From the NCBI GenBank assembly GCA_951406725.2, contig OX597823.1, positions 56,110,001-56,174,000 of the forward strand: 64,000 bases of DNA. The letters are read 5' to 3'. The notes under the pieces were generated by a model. That model searched no databases. It was not told the DNA's origin and was given only the letters and a program-made list of their open reading frames with translations. Position numbers and translations under genes: made by a program. Of this stretch, positions 1 through 12,988 are shown in pieces. How positions within the stretch are numbered: position 1 is the stretch's first letter; each line of letters begins with the position of its first letter. This DNA comes from Octopus vulgaris. Taxonomy: Eukaryota.

Positions 1-1349
1 AGATGGATTTTGAAAATGATATTATGAAAGTGATGCTAACGGCCCCATCCGCTAGCATCACTTACCTGTCCTTTAGTTGTTAATCCCACACAAATGTTCC
101 TTGTTCCGTTCCTATACAAAATCCTTCCATCTCCATCCTTTTTTCAAACGTCTCTTCCAAATCCCTCATGATTTTTTCAACCATTCTCACTTCACTTACT
201 TCCCAATCCTCCCTTTCACACATTTCCATAAACTCGTCCATTCGTCCTTTTCCAATTACTGCATACCTGATCTTTCCTCTGTCACACCATTGATACTCTT
301 CCATTTTCTTTTTAATCTTTTCTTTTCTTTTCTTTTCCCGTTTCATTTAATCATTTCTGGATGGAGGTGGCGCTTCTTTTTGTCATGCTTTACGCGTGTT
401 TGTTGTTCGATATTTAGATTTATGCCGACCTTGACAGTACAATAGATATTCAAAGCTGTTCTATTTGTAACCCCACCTTCTGCGTTTTACAATGTTTTTA
501 TGCCAAAATCATTCGTTATTTCTCAAATCATATGCGTTAAATTAGAAAAATCATTAGAAAGCCTGGCAAAATGCCTTTAGGGTATTTGGCTCACAATCGA
601 ATGGTCGTGTTGTCGATACCCGGTGGCGCATTATATTTTTAAACAAGAAACTTTGGAAATTAATTAGAATAATTAAGACATTATAAAGTTGAATCTCGTC
701 GGAGGTAGAAAAAGATTTACTGTTACATTTTTATATTTTCATGTGTTAAGTGTAGCAGCTAACTGAGTATTTTTTTATAGAAAGAACATGATATAAACCT
801 TATAAAGGAGGGAGTAGTATGTTTAGAGAAGCTAGTATAAAAATAAAAAATAGAAATATAGTAATAAATCGTATATTTATATCGTATATTTAAGTATCAA
901 ATAAATGTAATGGTGAATATAATTATAAGAATTTAAGTAATATATTCTGTGTAGTTATTAAGAAGAATAAAAATAAGCAATATATTAATGAATCTTTTAA
1001 TTAACTTATAATTAATTATAAAATAATTATTAGGGTAAATAAATTTATAATAGTTTATAAGAATTTAATAAGGGCGTATAAATATGTAAATAAAATAAAT
1101 ATAAAAAAGGGTAATATAAAAGGTAAAAAATATTTTTGAATGCCTGTATAATATAAATACAATACAGCATTCATATGTATAGAGATGCAACAACGATGTA
1201 ACAAAAATATATAAGAAAATAATGGAGAATAGAAAAAATAAATAGGCATATTGGAATTCCACTATTGCGCGAATATCAACATATATTAATACGCCTATGT
1301 TAATAAGTACATATAATTATCTATGGATAAAACGCGTGCTAAAACTATA

Positions 1350-1401
<52 letters not shown>

Positions 1402-1962
1402 CATATATATATACATATATATATATATATATGTATATATACGTACATATATACACACATGTGTATATATATAAATATTAAATCTATATATATTAATAAT
1501 ATAATATTGAATATTATATATATATATATATATTTATAATTGATAAAGGAAACGGAAGAGATATATTTGGTACTAGTCTCTATTTAGTACGACGATCGAT
1601 TCGCCCCCTCCTGCGACTGTCCTTTATAGGTGGGATGTTGTGCATCCAATTGTGTTGCTACGATCAGTGCAGTCTGTTTCACATCAGGTACATGCATAAA
1701 TAAAGTTTTGTCCCGCTACATTTAGCGTTGGCACACCGGGCAAAATGCTTAGCGGCATCTCTTCCGTCATTACGTTCTGGGTTCAAACTCCGCCGAGATC
1801 GACTTTGCTATTTATACTTTAGGGGTCGATAAAATAAGTAACAGTTGAGTACTGAGGTCGATGTAATCGACTTACATCCTTCCCAAAGAGTATTGGCCCT
1901 GTACCGAAAATTGAAATTAATGTCAATATATGCATTCACGTGTATTTTGCTTTCCATTATAG

Positions 1963-2161
1963 TACATGCAGCAATGCAGAATGGGATTGTGAGAAAAAAT
2001 CTTGTGATGAAATTATATGTCCAAAGAATCAAGTATACATCACCAATACATCAATATGCCAAAGGACATGCGGAAACTTTGATCAAATGATAAAGTGTGA
2101 GAAAGAAGATATAGCTATTGACCAGTGTGGTTGTCCCGAAGGAAAAGTCATGTCTCACAAC
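1963..2161 (+). CDS. Exon: end of VWC-like module plus TIL domain (TCSNAEWDCEKKSCDEIICPKNQVY...CQRTC...CGCPEGKVMSHN)
   Basis: tttccattatAG acceptor, GTAAGT donor at 2162; phase 2 to 0; TIL cysteine spacing. Confidence 0.9.
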
Positions 2162-2553
2162 GTAAGTAGAAATTCTTTTAAATTGTACGATGAAAGGAAG
2201 TGAAAGTCTCTAAATATAAAACACCAGCTGGCTGTATCAATATGGTGTTCATACAACCTAGAGCAGAATCTGTGATTCACTAACAGTAGCTCTATTCCTG
2301 CGGAAAAAAAGACAAATGACTACTTCCTTTGGTGTGTTTGAGCAAGTGTTTGAGCGTGGGTATTCATATGTAAAATGTCTCTAAAACCTTGAACTGAGAT
2401 GTTCAGTGCAGAGAGAAAGTCTGTTATTGTGCTTTCGTAGCACTTAGAGGACAGCAGATTAATTACTTTAATTAGTGAGTCCCCAAAGAAGGTATATGCA
2501 GGAAAGGCGTAGGTGATGAAAGAACTGAAACACTCTTTCGAATATTATATATA

Positions 2554-2719
2554 GGCGCAGGAGTAGCTGTGGGGTAAGAAGCTTGCTTCCCAAACACATG
2601 GTTCCGGGTTCAGTCCCACTGCTTGGTACGTTGAGCAAGTGTCTTCTACTATAGCCTCAGGCTGACCAAAGCCTTGTGAGTGGATTTGGTAGATGGAAAT
2701 TGAAGGAAGCCCAAATATA

Positions 2720-2798
<79 letters not shown>

Positions 2799-2979
2799 AT
2801 TTGTGTGTCTGGGTTTGTCTCACCACCATTGCTTGACAACCAATGCTGGTGTGTTTACGTTCCCGTAACTTAGTGGTTCGGCTTACAAAGAATAAGTACT
2901 GGGATCGTTTTGTTCGACTAAATGCGGTACTTCAGCATGGCTGCAGCCAAATGACTGAAACAAGTAAAAGAATAAAAGA
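2554..2979 (+). mobile_element. tRNA-derived SINE family A (full-length-like copy); other copies near 19293-19781(-), 26104-26300(-), 29278-29680(+), 34124-34898 (three pieces, mixed strands), 36295-36698(-), 56190-56610(-), 62780-62910(+)
   Basis: tRNA-like head, central (TG)n, conserved tail ...cagcatggccgcagtcaaatgactgaaacaagtaaaaga recurring across the window. Confidence 0.85.
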
Positions 2980-3019
<40 letters not shown>

Positions 3020-3801
3020 TACAAGACAAAATGAGAGAATTCAATGCAATGCAAAGAGAAGTATACGAATTATACAGTCTCCAGCAGCGGTAACGTTGTA
3101 ACACGGTGTTTCACCAAATGGCTACATAATATCTCAGAGTAACCAGGGAGGAACTGTGGGATTTCGAAATGACCAAAATACAAGCGTGTAGTCATTTAAG
3201 TGACCGTTTTAGAAATATATTTTCCTGTCATGCGTAGCATAATATTTATTGGTTAACAGCTTACTTCTAAAGTTTTCAGTTGCTACTCATGAAGGAACTG
3301 GTAAAGCATTTCGGGGCTAATCCATATTGCAACGTAAATAAGGTTAATTTATAGCAGTAGGTGATTGGTGAACGATGGCGTAAGATGAATAGAATAGGTT
3401 TGGGCTCATGAATTTAAATTAGCTTTATGCTACTTAGTATGCAAGGTTGTGTGTTCTGTTACTATAAGTGTCGGTAAGAAACTCGGTTACTTGACAATGT
3501 AGGACGCATGGAGGATAAACAAGTTAGTGGCTTGATTTTTCTGTGTGTGTTGGTTGAATCCTCCGAAATGTCCATCAACAATTAGACTGATATATGGATA
3601 TAGGGACATACGGATGTACCTATTGGTTGATAGTTTGACAGAGTAATAAATATACAAATAAACTGAAGCACAAAAGAATGAACTGATTGAACTTTAATTT
3701 AGCATGCAGAGGAAAACCTGAACAAACGATGTGGTTTAATAGATAGACGTGGCAAAAGATGGGGGATTGTATATATTTATATGCATGTGTTTGTACACAT
3801 G

Positions 3802-3848
<47 letters not shown>

Positions 3849-4005
3849 GTTCGTATGTAAGTATATAAACTCTTCGTCAGATGTTAAAAATTACGTGCGA
3901 CTGACAGATGCTTAGATGCACAAACTAAATATTTCTTAATACATCAGATGCTGTTTCACACTTACAAAGATATCAACACCACATTTAACAACGCTACACC
4001 ACACA

Positions 4006-4047
<42 letters not shown>

Positions 4048-4417
4048 CACACAAACACTGATAACTATATACTGCTCCACTCTCACTTTTATTCTTTCCC
4101 TTCCCTCTCTTTGTTCCTTCAACTTCCTCTCGCTTTCTAGATTTCTCTCCCTGTCGTCACTTCCGTTCCTACAACTCCGCTATCGAATTACTCTTTTATA
4201 CTAATCTTGTTTATGTAAATATACTTCGTAAGTTTACTATCCTTCCTCATTTTTTCCCACTCCTCTTAATTCTGTTATTTTTCTTTGATCAAATGGCATA
4301 ATCCAAAACATTCGATCTTATTATTTATTTTCGTTTGGCGCCTTTATTTTCATTCTACACACTCGTGAAATTAGTATCGTTTGTAATAATTAATCTATCA
4401 TTTATCTTCTGAAACAG

Positions 4418-4509
4418 GGTGGATGTGTAGAAAAAGATGATTGCCCTTGTAAATATGACAATAAATGGTATAAGCCAGGACAAAAAATTAAAATTGGATG
4501 CAAAGAATT
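4418..4509 (+). CDS. Exon: TIL end / VWC-like (GGCVEKDDCPCKYDNKWYKPGQKIKIGCKE)
   Basis: acAG acceptor, GTAAGT donor; phase 0 to 2; CPC...Y.PG motif typical of vWF/mucin E modules. Confidence 0.9.
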
Positions 4510-5498
4510 GTAAGTAACTATTTTTTTATTTTAGCCATCTATTTAGCCATCTTTATTTTTCAGTCGAAGGCACATGGCTTAGTAGTTATGGTTTTCAACT
4601 CACGTTCATAAGGCCGTGAGTTCGATTCCCTGGGTATGTTGTGTCTTTGGGCAAGACACTTTATTTCACCTTGTTCCAGTTCATTCAGCTGACAAAAATG
4701 AGTAGTGCCCATATTTCAAAGGGCCAGCCTTCTCATATTCTGCATCACGTTATATCTCTGAAAATCCTGCTGAGGGTACACGTGTCAATGGAGAGCTCAG
4801 CGACTTGCACGTTAACTTCACGATCAACTGAAACATTTTTCAGTCAGTATATAAAGGATGGCTGTGTACTTAAGAGGTTCGTTTTGCAATGACATTGCTT
4901 TTTGTTTGGCCTCATTGCACAGCACGTTGGTCAAAAGTCTATTGCAGTAGCCTTCGTAACCACTAAAACCTAGTGAGTGATATTCGGTAGATGGAAATTG
5001 CAAAGAAACCTGTCACATGGATGCTAATTGTTTTTGTGTGGTATGCTTAATCTGTCGTCCGAATTACCATGATCTTCGTGGGCCCGTTAGTGTAATGTAC
5101 TCTCTTACAAGTATTCGGATCAGGTACTCGAGCCAAGAATAACTCAATCTCTTGATGAACCGACTTTTCACTGTAGAAACCAATAAATTATGGTTTCTTC
5201 CACATATTGTTTTCTATGAGTCTTGTACGCCTTACACACGAATACAGTTGCTGCCACTCTTTCTGTAATAAATCCATAACAAAAGACAAAACTGTCAAGA
5301 TCATATATTTGTTGTTGCAGGAAATAATCTGTATATACTCGAGTATAATGCAGTTGTGAAAACAAAAAATAAAAAGTGAAACAAGGAGACAGGGAAGGTT
5401 CTTGAGAGTTTTAGAGAAATTGTTATCGCCAAACCTCAGGATAACATCCCTGCTAACTAATATGTAATGGCTTTTGTATAATTATAATAATAATAATA

Positions 5499-5551
<53 letters not shown>

Positions 5552-5569
5552 CATCATCATTATAATTAT

Positions 5570-6116
5570 TGAGCACTTCATGCCATCAAAGTGACACTGG
5601 GGCAAAATATACGAAGCCCAGTATACCCATCATGATTACCCGTCTGATAAGGGTTCACTAGGCACATGCATCACAACCATATGTGCGCGACATGGTGATC
5701 TTATATCAAGATAAACAGCGCATGACCTTGCAGGCGGGGCCCAGTTTGAATTTTCTTCTGGTCGAGTAACCCATCCTGCTCAAAAGGTTCCTGAATAAGG
5801 GTTGTTTAAGGATGTTGAAAGAACCACCCATGTTTCCACAGGTGAATCACTCAAACCCCAAAGAATCCCTCTCAACACATGGCTATGATGCTCCCCCACT
5901 ACTTCTGCTCGTGATCAGAGATGCACATATCGTCAGCCACTAAGGGACATGCTCAACTGGTTAAGGTCAAACAACTGACAAGCAAATCTGTGGTATTGAG
6001 CAGAATATTTTCTGTAGCCCATCTTTTATACCAAGACAAAACAATGTACATGATAACACTTCCAATCAGTTAAGATCAGAAGCCATGAGAGCCACTGCCT
6101 GGTACTGCATCAGGGC

Positions 6117-6176
<60 letters not shown>

Positions 6177-6721
6177 CATCATTATAATTATTGAGCAGTG
6201 CATGCCATCAAAGTGACACTGGGGCAAAATATACGAAGCCCAGTATACCCATCATGATTACCTGTCTGATAAGGGTTCCCTAGGCACATGCATCACAACC
6301 ATATGTGCGCGACATGGTGATCTTATATCAAGATAAACAGCGCATGACCTTGCAGGCGGGGCCCAGTTTGAATTTTCTTCTGGTCGAGTAACCCATCCTG
6401 CTCAAAAGGTTCCTGAATAAGGGTTGTTTAAGGATGTTGAACGAAACACCCATGTTTCCAAAGGTGAATTATCCAGATCCCAAAGAATCCCTCTCAACAC
6501 ATGGCTATGATGCTCCCCCACTACTTCTGCTTGTGATCAGAGATGCACATAGCGTCAGTCACTAAGGGACATGTTCAACTGGTTAAGGTTAAGCAACTGA
6601 CAAGCAAATCTGTGATATTAAGCAGAATATTTGCTGTAGCCCAAGACAAAACAATGTACATGATAACACTTCCAATCAATTAAGATTAGAAGCCATGAGA
6701 GCCACTGCCTGGTACTGCATC
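5570..6721. repeat. Two tandem copies (5570-6119, 6192-6721) of an element of about 550 bp, bounded and separated by (ATT)n
   Basis: Direct repeats with few substitutions and one short deletion; both preceded by the same tcatcattataattattgagca linker. Confidence 0.85.
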
Positions 6722-6746
6722 ATTATTATTGTTATTATTATTATTA

Positions 6747-6801
<55 letters not shown>

Positions 6802-6921
6802 TTTTTTTTATTATATATGTATATATATAGAGAAACATATCCAACAAAGGAAATTTCATACATATCCAGTCGAAAGAGAGTTTGTTAGAAATTATTTAAC
6901 ATTTTCCATTTTATTTTTCAG

Positions 6922-6971
6922 AGTTTGCAAGAAGAATATTTGGGTGACAGTTTCGAAAACTAACTGCGCAG
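6922..6971 (+). CDS. Short exon (LVCKKNIWVTVSKTNCA)
   Basis: ttttcAG acceptor, GTAATA donor; phase 2 to 1 bridges the flanking exons exactly. Confidence 0.8.
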
Positions 6972-7856
6972 GTAATATATCAAATTGAAAAAAAAAAAAC
7001 AATGAAATATTTATCTTTCTGTCTTGGATATTTTAAACATCTGATTTCTTAAAGGAATAGAGAGTTCGAATGAGAATGGAACGGTCCGGAATGGGTTGGA
7101 GACTCAGTTGATGAAAGAGTTCCTCCATTGAATGGTTAACTGTTCGCACGAAAGAAATTTCATAAGTGTCATAGGTCGATGCTTTCTACTTCTCAACATG
7201 AAGGAGCTTCTAAATAAATAAATTAAAGTGTTCTGGCATTTTTAAAGGAAAGTATATAGTAACTTGAATCGACTCCAGTAATTATTTGAATGGTGCATAT
7301 TTTTCGACACGGAAAAAAATCTCAGTGTTGATCCCGGCAAGAAATGAACATAAAGGGATGTAGCTCAATACAAACTAGCATTTTTGCCCGACATTTTAGA
7401 GATTCAGCCATCTACTATCCTTTCGTGAATAATTCACAAATGTAGTATGTTGTTACTGCGATTTACCCCTAGGAGAACCCTGATCGTTCCAATCAATGGA
7501 CAAAGACATTCTATCCATGATAGAATGATAGTCCATGATAGTCTGTTCCTAATGTGCAGGGGGTAGCGAGGACCCGCGCCCTTCTCTTAAACAGTAGCAT
7601 GAAGTAATATAGCTGCTATTCCTAAGATGTTGATCGACAACATAGGAACTCTAAGTGCAGACTGTCAACCGACATTTATACCAAAGAAACAAAATATTGT
7701 TCGTCGTTGGATGAATTGATACAATAGCAGTTTGAAGGATTTTTAATTGCAGCACAAGACCAAAGCTTCCCCACCAGAAATTACCAAAAACATATAATGA
7801 AAAGAAACATAACAACTGCAGAACATGTGAAGATGGACAAGAAACAAAAGATGATT

Positions 7857-7930
<74 letters not shown>

Positions 7931-8658
7931 TAATTCTTTTTATTGGCCACAAGGGCTGACACACATGATTAGAAACATAAAGGGACAGAACAGGACGAAT
8001 AATAATAATGAGCTTAAACATTTCTGTAATATATTGTTTACAGTTAGTTGCAATGAAATGACCGTGTATATTGAGCTGGCTCTTAAAATCAAATTCATTT
8101 CACCGGTATTGTTTGAAATTCAAGACCGGACATTTAATTCCACATTTATTGACTTAGTTCACTGTTGGGTAATGAATATGTGCCCGACTCAACCTTTAGT
8201 TGAAGATGGGACCTGTAATATGAAACTGTGTTCCATTAAGGAAAAGCTGAATCTACTTAACACTTTGTAAATTCGAATCAAGTAACAGCTCTTCTTATAT
8301 GTAAGCAGATTAATATGTTGATTACTTGTAGGGGACACTGCATTTCGTTATGCACCCATAATATACTATCAAGTATATTAAAGGCCTATGAGTTAATATT
8401 GTGCCCCACCTGTGTGTTAGGTGTGTGATTCTATCACTATGGAATATGTATATACACCTAATACCCACTTTTCTATCTTCGATCGCATTGTTTACGCAGA
8501 CGTATTCGCATATGAAACGTTGTTACTTTCAATACTGGCTCTAAATTTCATAGACACTCTGTAAAGATAACTTTGAAAAGAGATTGATTTGTGTTTCAAA
8601 AGTCTCAATCTCCTACATGAAACAACATCTTAAATTGTTTTCTTCTTTTTCATTGCAG

Positions 8659-9000
8659 CAACTTGTTGGGCATCTGGTGACCCTCACTATCAATCATTAG
8701 ACGGTAAAAGTTATACCTTTATGGGAAACTGCATGTACGTGCTTTCAAGATCTTTAGACAAAACATTCTCTATTATCACTAAGAATGTGAAATGTGGTTT
8801 GAGTAGTGTGACCTGTACAAAAGCTGTTGAGGTAGCCATTAAAAAACAGAAAATTTTCATGACTCGAGGAGTTGGGCTAAAAGTGAACGAACACCTAATC
8901 AATCAAACCTATGCAAAATTTCAAGATTTTGTTATTTCCAGAAGTGGATTTTTCTATCACATCTTGACAAACATCGGCCTGACGATCCAATGGGATGGAG
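8659..9000 (+). CDS. Exon: VWD domain N-part (ATCWASGDPHYQSLDGKSYTFMGNCMYVL...IQWDG)
   Basis: ttgcAG acceptor, GTAAGT donor at 9001; GDPHY..DG..Y.F.G.C.YVL von Willebrand D signature. Confidence 0.95.
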
Positions 9001-9699
9001 GTAAGTAATCAGTATTTTCGTATTTATTTATCGTTAGTGTTGCTGTTGCTGCTATGCTGATTTTGTCTAGCCTCAAATCAGTCGGTCTTTTTACCGAACC
9101 GCTAGGTTATGGGAGGTAAAGAAGCTAACGCTGTTAAGCGTTGGGCGGGGAGGAAAGCATAAAAACAAACATACACGCAGAAATATATGCATCTTTGCAT
9201 ACATACAAACATAATACGTATGTGCAGATAATATGTATGTGTATGTGCAGATTTCTGTGTTTTATGCATATATTTATATGTATTTATATGCACGTATTAT
9301 TTTGTCTAGCCTCAAATCAGTCTTGGTACCAGCTGTTGACTATCATCCCTCAATGATCGATAAAATAAATGCTGGAATGGTATGACCACAGCAAAAGAAA
9401 ACTAGCAGATTAAATTGCTAAGTGATGAAAGTACTTGTAAAAGTGGTGAAGATAAGGATCACTGCACTTCTTATTGTAGTTCTGTATTGGTTCTCGTTCA
9501 ATTGTCCAATTGCTGTGCAATCCTTTTAAAATATCTAGTCGAGAATCTAAACTATGATCTTTCTCAAAACTCATTACCCATTACGTGTGCTCAAAACTCA
9601 TTACCACTAGGCGACACACCTTCAAATACCCATTGGAATTTCAACATCAGCAACACGGTATTTTTGTTTGTATGTATGTATGTATGTATGTATGTTTCT

Positions 9700-10010
9700 T
9701 CGTAGTCATAAAGCGAGACAGATGAGTGACAACCTGGCCACTGGTGGTGGTGTAACACACCATACTAATCATATCTGTCGGGCATGTGGAAGAGAGTGTA
9801 ATTTGACAGGAGGACTTAAACGACATGCAAGGTACATGAAGCCCAGTTACAACTACAGCCGGCCATTACCGGTAAAGGTTTTAGTTGCCAATTCTGTATA
9901 AGACATTGTAGATCTTTAGCTGGGCTAAAAAGTCACATTCGATCACAGCACCAGTAACAGTTAAGCTTCCTGCAATGGCCATACTCGATAACCAGGGGGC
10001 AGCCATAATG
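9700..10010 (+). mobile_element. 3' end of an RTE-like LINE with C2H2-type zinc-finger remnants, within (TATG)n
   Basis: HICRACGRECNLTGGLKRHAR and FSCQFCIRHCRSLAGLKSHIRSQHQ*, followed by a (TATG)n tail. Confidence 0.6.
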
Positions 10011-10432
10011 TATGTATGTATGTATGTATGTATGTATGTATGTATGTATGTGCAGATTTCTGTGTTTTATGCATATATTTATATGTATTTATATGCATGT
10101 ATTATGTTTGTATGTATGCAAAGATGCATATATTTCTGCGTGTATGTTTGTTTTTATGCTTTCCTCCCCGCCCAACGCTTAACAGCGTTAGCTTCTTTAC
10201 GTCCCATAACCTAGCGGTTCGGTAAAAAGACCGATAGAATAAGTACTCGACTTTAAAATTACTGGAATCGATTTGTTCGGTTAAACCATTCAAGGTGGTG
10301 TTCCAGCAAGGCCACAGTCTAATGACTGAATCAAATATAAAAAGATAAGATATAGTCAAAAACATTTATTCAAAAATATACATCAAATATACACGTTCGT
10401 AAATTAATCTCATGTGTGTATTTATTTTCCAG

Positions 10433-10641
10433 CGACACGAGTTTATGTGCATGTTTCTCCTTACTGGATGGGAAAAGTTGAAGGTCTGTGCGGAAATTAT
10501 GATGGAAATGCTGAAAATGATTTCAAAGGCCCCGATAATGCTGTCAGAAATCTAGCGTCTGATTTCGGTCATAGCTGGCGGTTACAAGATTGCGTGGCTG
10601 TTCCACAAACAAAACCGAGTGATCAGGGGATATTTTGTAAT
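10433..10641 (+). CDS. Exon: VWD domain C-part (TRVYVHVSPYWMGKVEGLCGNYDGNAENDF...FGHSW...CN)
   Basis: ttccAG acceptor, GTAAGC donor; GLCGNYDG..NDF and FG.SW motifs. Confidence 0.95.
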
Positions 10642-10717
10642 GTAAGCATATAATTTATTTATTTAAAAATTGCTTCGATTTTGTACATAACATAGCTAGA
10701 AGCGGTTGTATGACCAG

Positions 10718-10950
10718 GGCGGCGAGCTGGCAGAAACGTTAGCACGCCGGGCGAAATGCGTAGCCGTATTTCGTCTGCCGTTACGTTGTGAGTTCAAATT
10801 CCGCCGAGGTCGACTTTGCCTTTCATCCTTTCGGGGTCGATAAATTAAGCACCAGTTACGCACTGGGGTCGATGTAATCGACTTAATACCTATGTCTGTC
10901 CTTGTTTGTCCCCTCTATGTTTAGCCCCTTGTGGGTAATAAAGAAATAGG
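10718..10950 (+). mobile_element. SINE family B; other copies near 1725-1900, 17480-17600(-), 38115-38260(-), 46240-46557(-), 53647-53712, 58012-58220, 60597-60720, 62560-62700
   Basis: ggcggcgagctggcagaaacgttagc...gttcaaattccgccgaggtcgactttgcctttcatcctttcggggtcgat recurs at these positions. Confidence 0.85.
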
Positions 10951-11577
10951 TTGTATGACTACCCGCAGGGTTGTTCAGGAGCTTTGAGGTTGGCGAGCGG
11001 AAGTAGGAAAAACCATTCCTACGTCGGAGACATGGCTTGATTTCTTTCAATAGAAAACATCCAGCATCTAGTAGAAAGCATCTAGTAGAAAGCATCTAGT
11101 ACAAAGCATCCAGAAGCCGGTTGGTAATATTAAACACGGCAAAATGTAAATTTATTACTCAACAACAACAACAACAAGGCCAGGTTTAGACCTAGTTGGG
11201 ACCTTGGCCCAATGGACTTTGGGGATTCCTGGATCCATAGGTTTTGGGATCTTCTGAGCCAATATGTTTTATATATACATACACACACCTACATATACAG
11301 TATAGAGTTATGGTCATTCTTGAAGAATTTATTTCTAGAAATATAAATATTTCATTTGACGGTCTGAAATACTTAATCTAGTGTTTATTAGACATGCCTT
11401 GTGCAGTTTTTAATTATTTAATTCATCTGGGCATCGCCGTAAATAATGAGTGATGTCTGCATAGATAAAACAACGTTATGAGGGTTGGTCTATTTACTTG
11501 TGAGGAGTTTGTATGTGTGTACGTATGGAGAGAGGGGGGAGAGGGAGAGGGAGGGAAGGAGGGAGGGAGAGAAGTGG

Positions 11578-11962
<385 letters not shown>

Positions 11963-12353
11963 ACGTGTGAGTGTGTGGCTCTTGTATATTTATATTGCCA
12001 TAGTATCATCGGCAAGAAAGTTAAAAGTAAAACGTTACTTCGCAGTTTGCGCTTTTAGTCACTCTCTCCGCTCGAAACGCAGTGAACCGATGATTGGCCT
12101 TTGGAAACATATAAAGAATTCTCTTTCTCAGAAACTGTAATAATATTTAACCAGGAGCTAAACAGCATGAATAAGTGGCAGCAGCTTTTAGCCTTGTTAA
12201 AAGAAAACAGCAAAGAGAAATCATTACTTTGTTCGGTTGTTATCTCAATTCAAATGAAAATTTGCTCAGTATCGAAATATACTTTTATATGAATTCCTCA
12301 ATTATTTAATTAATTAATTACTGAACATATTTTTTTTTCTGTTTTCAATACAG

Positions 12354-12487
12354 AGTCCAGAGAGGAGAATGTGGGCACAAAGTGCATGCAATCCCATCAG
12401 ACGAGGCCCGCTTTTCGAAAGATGTCGCCAAGCTACCGGTGATAAATATAAGACATTCTATGACGACTGTGTTCAAGATGCTTGCGG
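12354..12487 (+). CDS. Exon: C8 domain N-part (SPERRMWAQSACNPIRRGPLFERCRQ...FYDDCVQDAC)
   Basis: tacAG acceptor, GTAAGT donor; phase 0 to 2; WA...C...F..C...Y..CV.DAC pattern. Confidence 0.92.
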
Positions 12488-12537
12488 GTAAGTCGCTTAT
12501 GCACACAAACATATCTACCTCCAGATATATGAACATG

Positions 12538-12583
<46 letters not shown>

Positions 12584-12957
12584 CTAGCTTAAGGTGACCC
12601 GCTCTACGCGCGGGTAAGAGTGTGGTTGTTATTTTCTGTTGCATCCTTTCGGCACGTAAAAAGCACCACCCGAACGTGGCCGATGGCAGCGCCGCCTTGA
12701 CTGGCTTCTGTGCCGGTGGCACGTAAAAAGCACCAACCGATCGTGGCCGCTGCAAGCGCCAATCCCACCACCCCGTGGCACCTGTGCCGGTGGCACGAAA
12801 AAAGCACCCACTACAATCACGGAGTGGTTGGCGTTAGGAAGGGCATCCAGCTGTAGAAACACTGCCAGATCAGACTGGAGCCTGGTGCAGCCTCCTGGCT
12901 TCCCAGACCCCGGTCAAACCGTTCAACCCGTGCTAGCACGGAAAACGGACGTTAAAC

Positions 12958-12988
<31 letters not shown>

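Noticed and set aside
77-445. Overlapping ORFs at the window start
   Set aside because: Compositionally biased, no recognisable motif, and no splice or phase link to the main gene; probably a decayed repeat.
640-1260. Extremely AT-rich, strand-skewed stretch (similar at 38390-38700 and 39265-39880) considered as a NUMT
   Set aside because: I could not recognise any mitochondrial protein, rRNA or tRNA; an old decayed TE is more likely. BLAST against a cephalopod mitogenome would settle it.
5905-5945. Minus-strand CUGACGA in the tandem ATT-flanked element as a hammerhead core
   Set aside because: No GAAA follows a stem II (it reads GAGCAGAAG) and no convincing stem I.
12645-12810. Spaced ggcacgtaaaaagcacc repeats as a CRISPR-like array
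   Set aside because: Eukaryotic context, spacers related to each other, part of a SINE-like element, and no cas genes.
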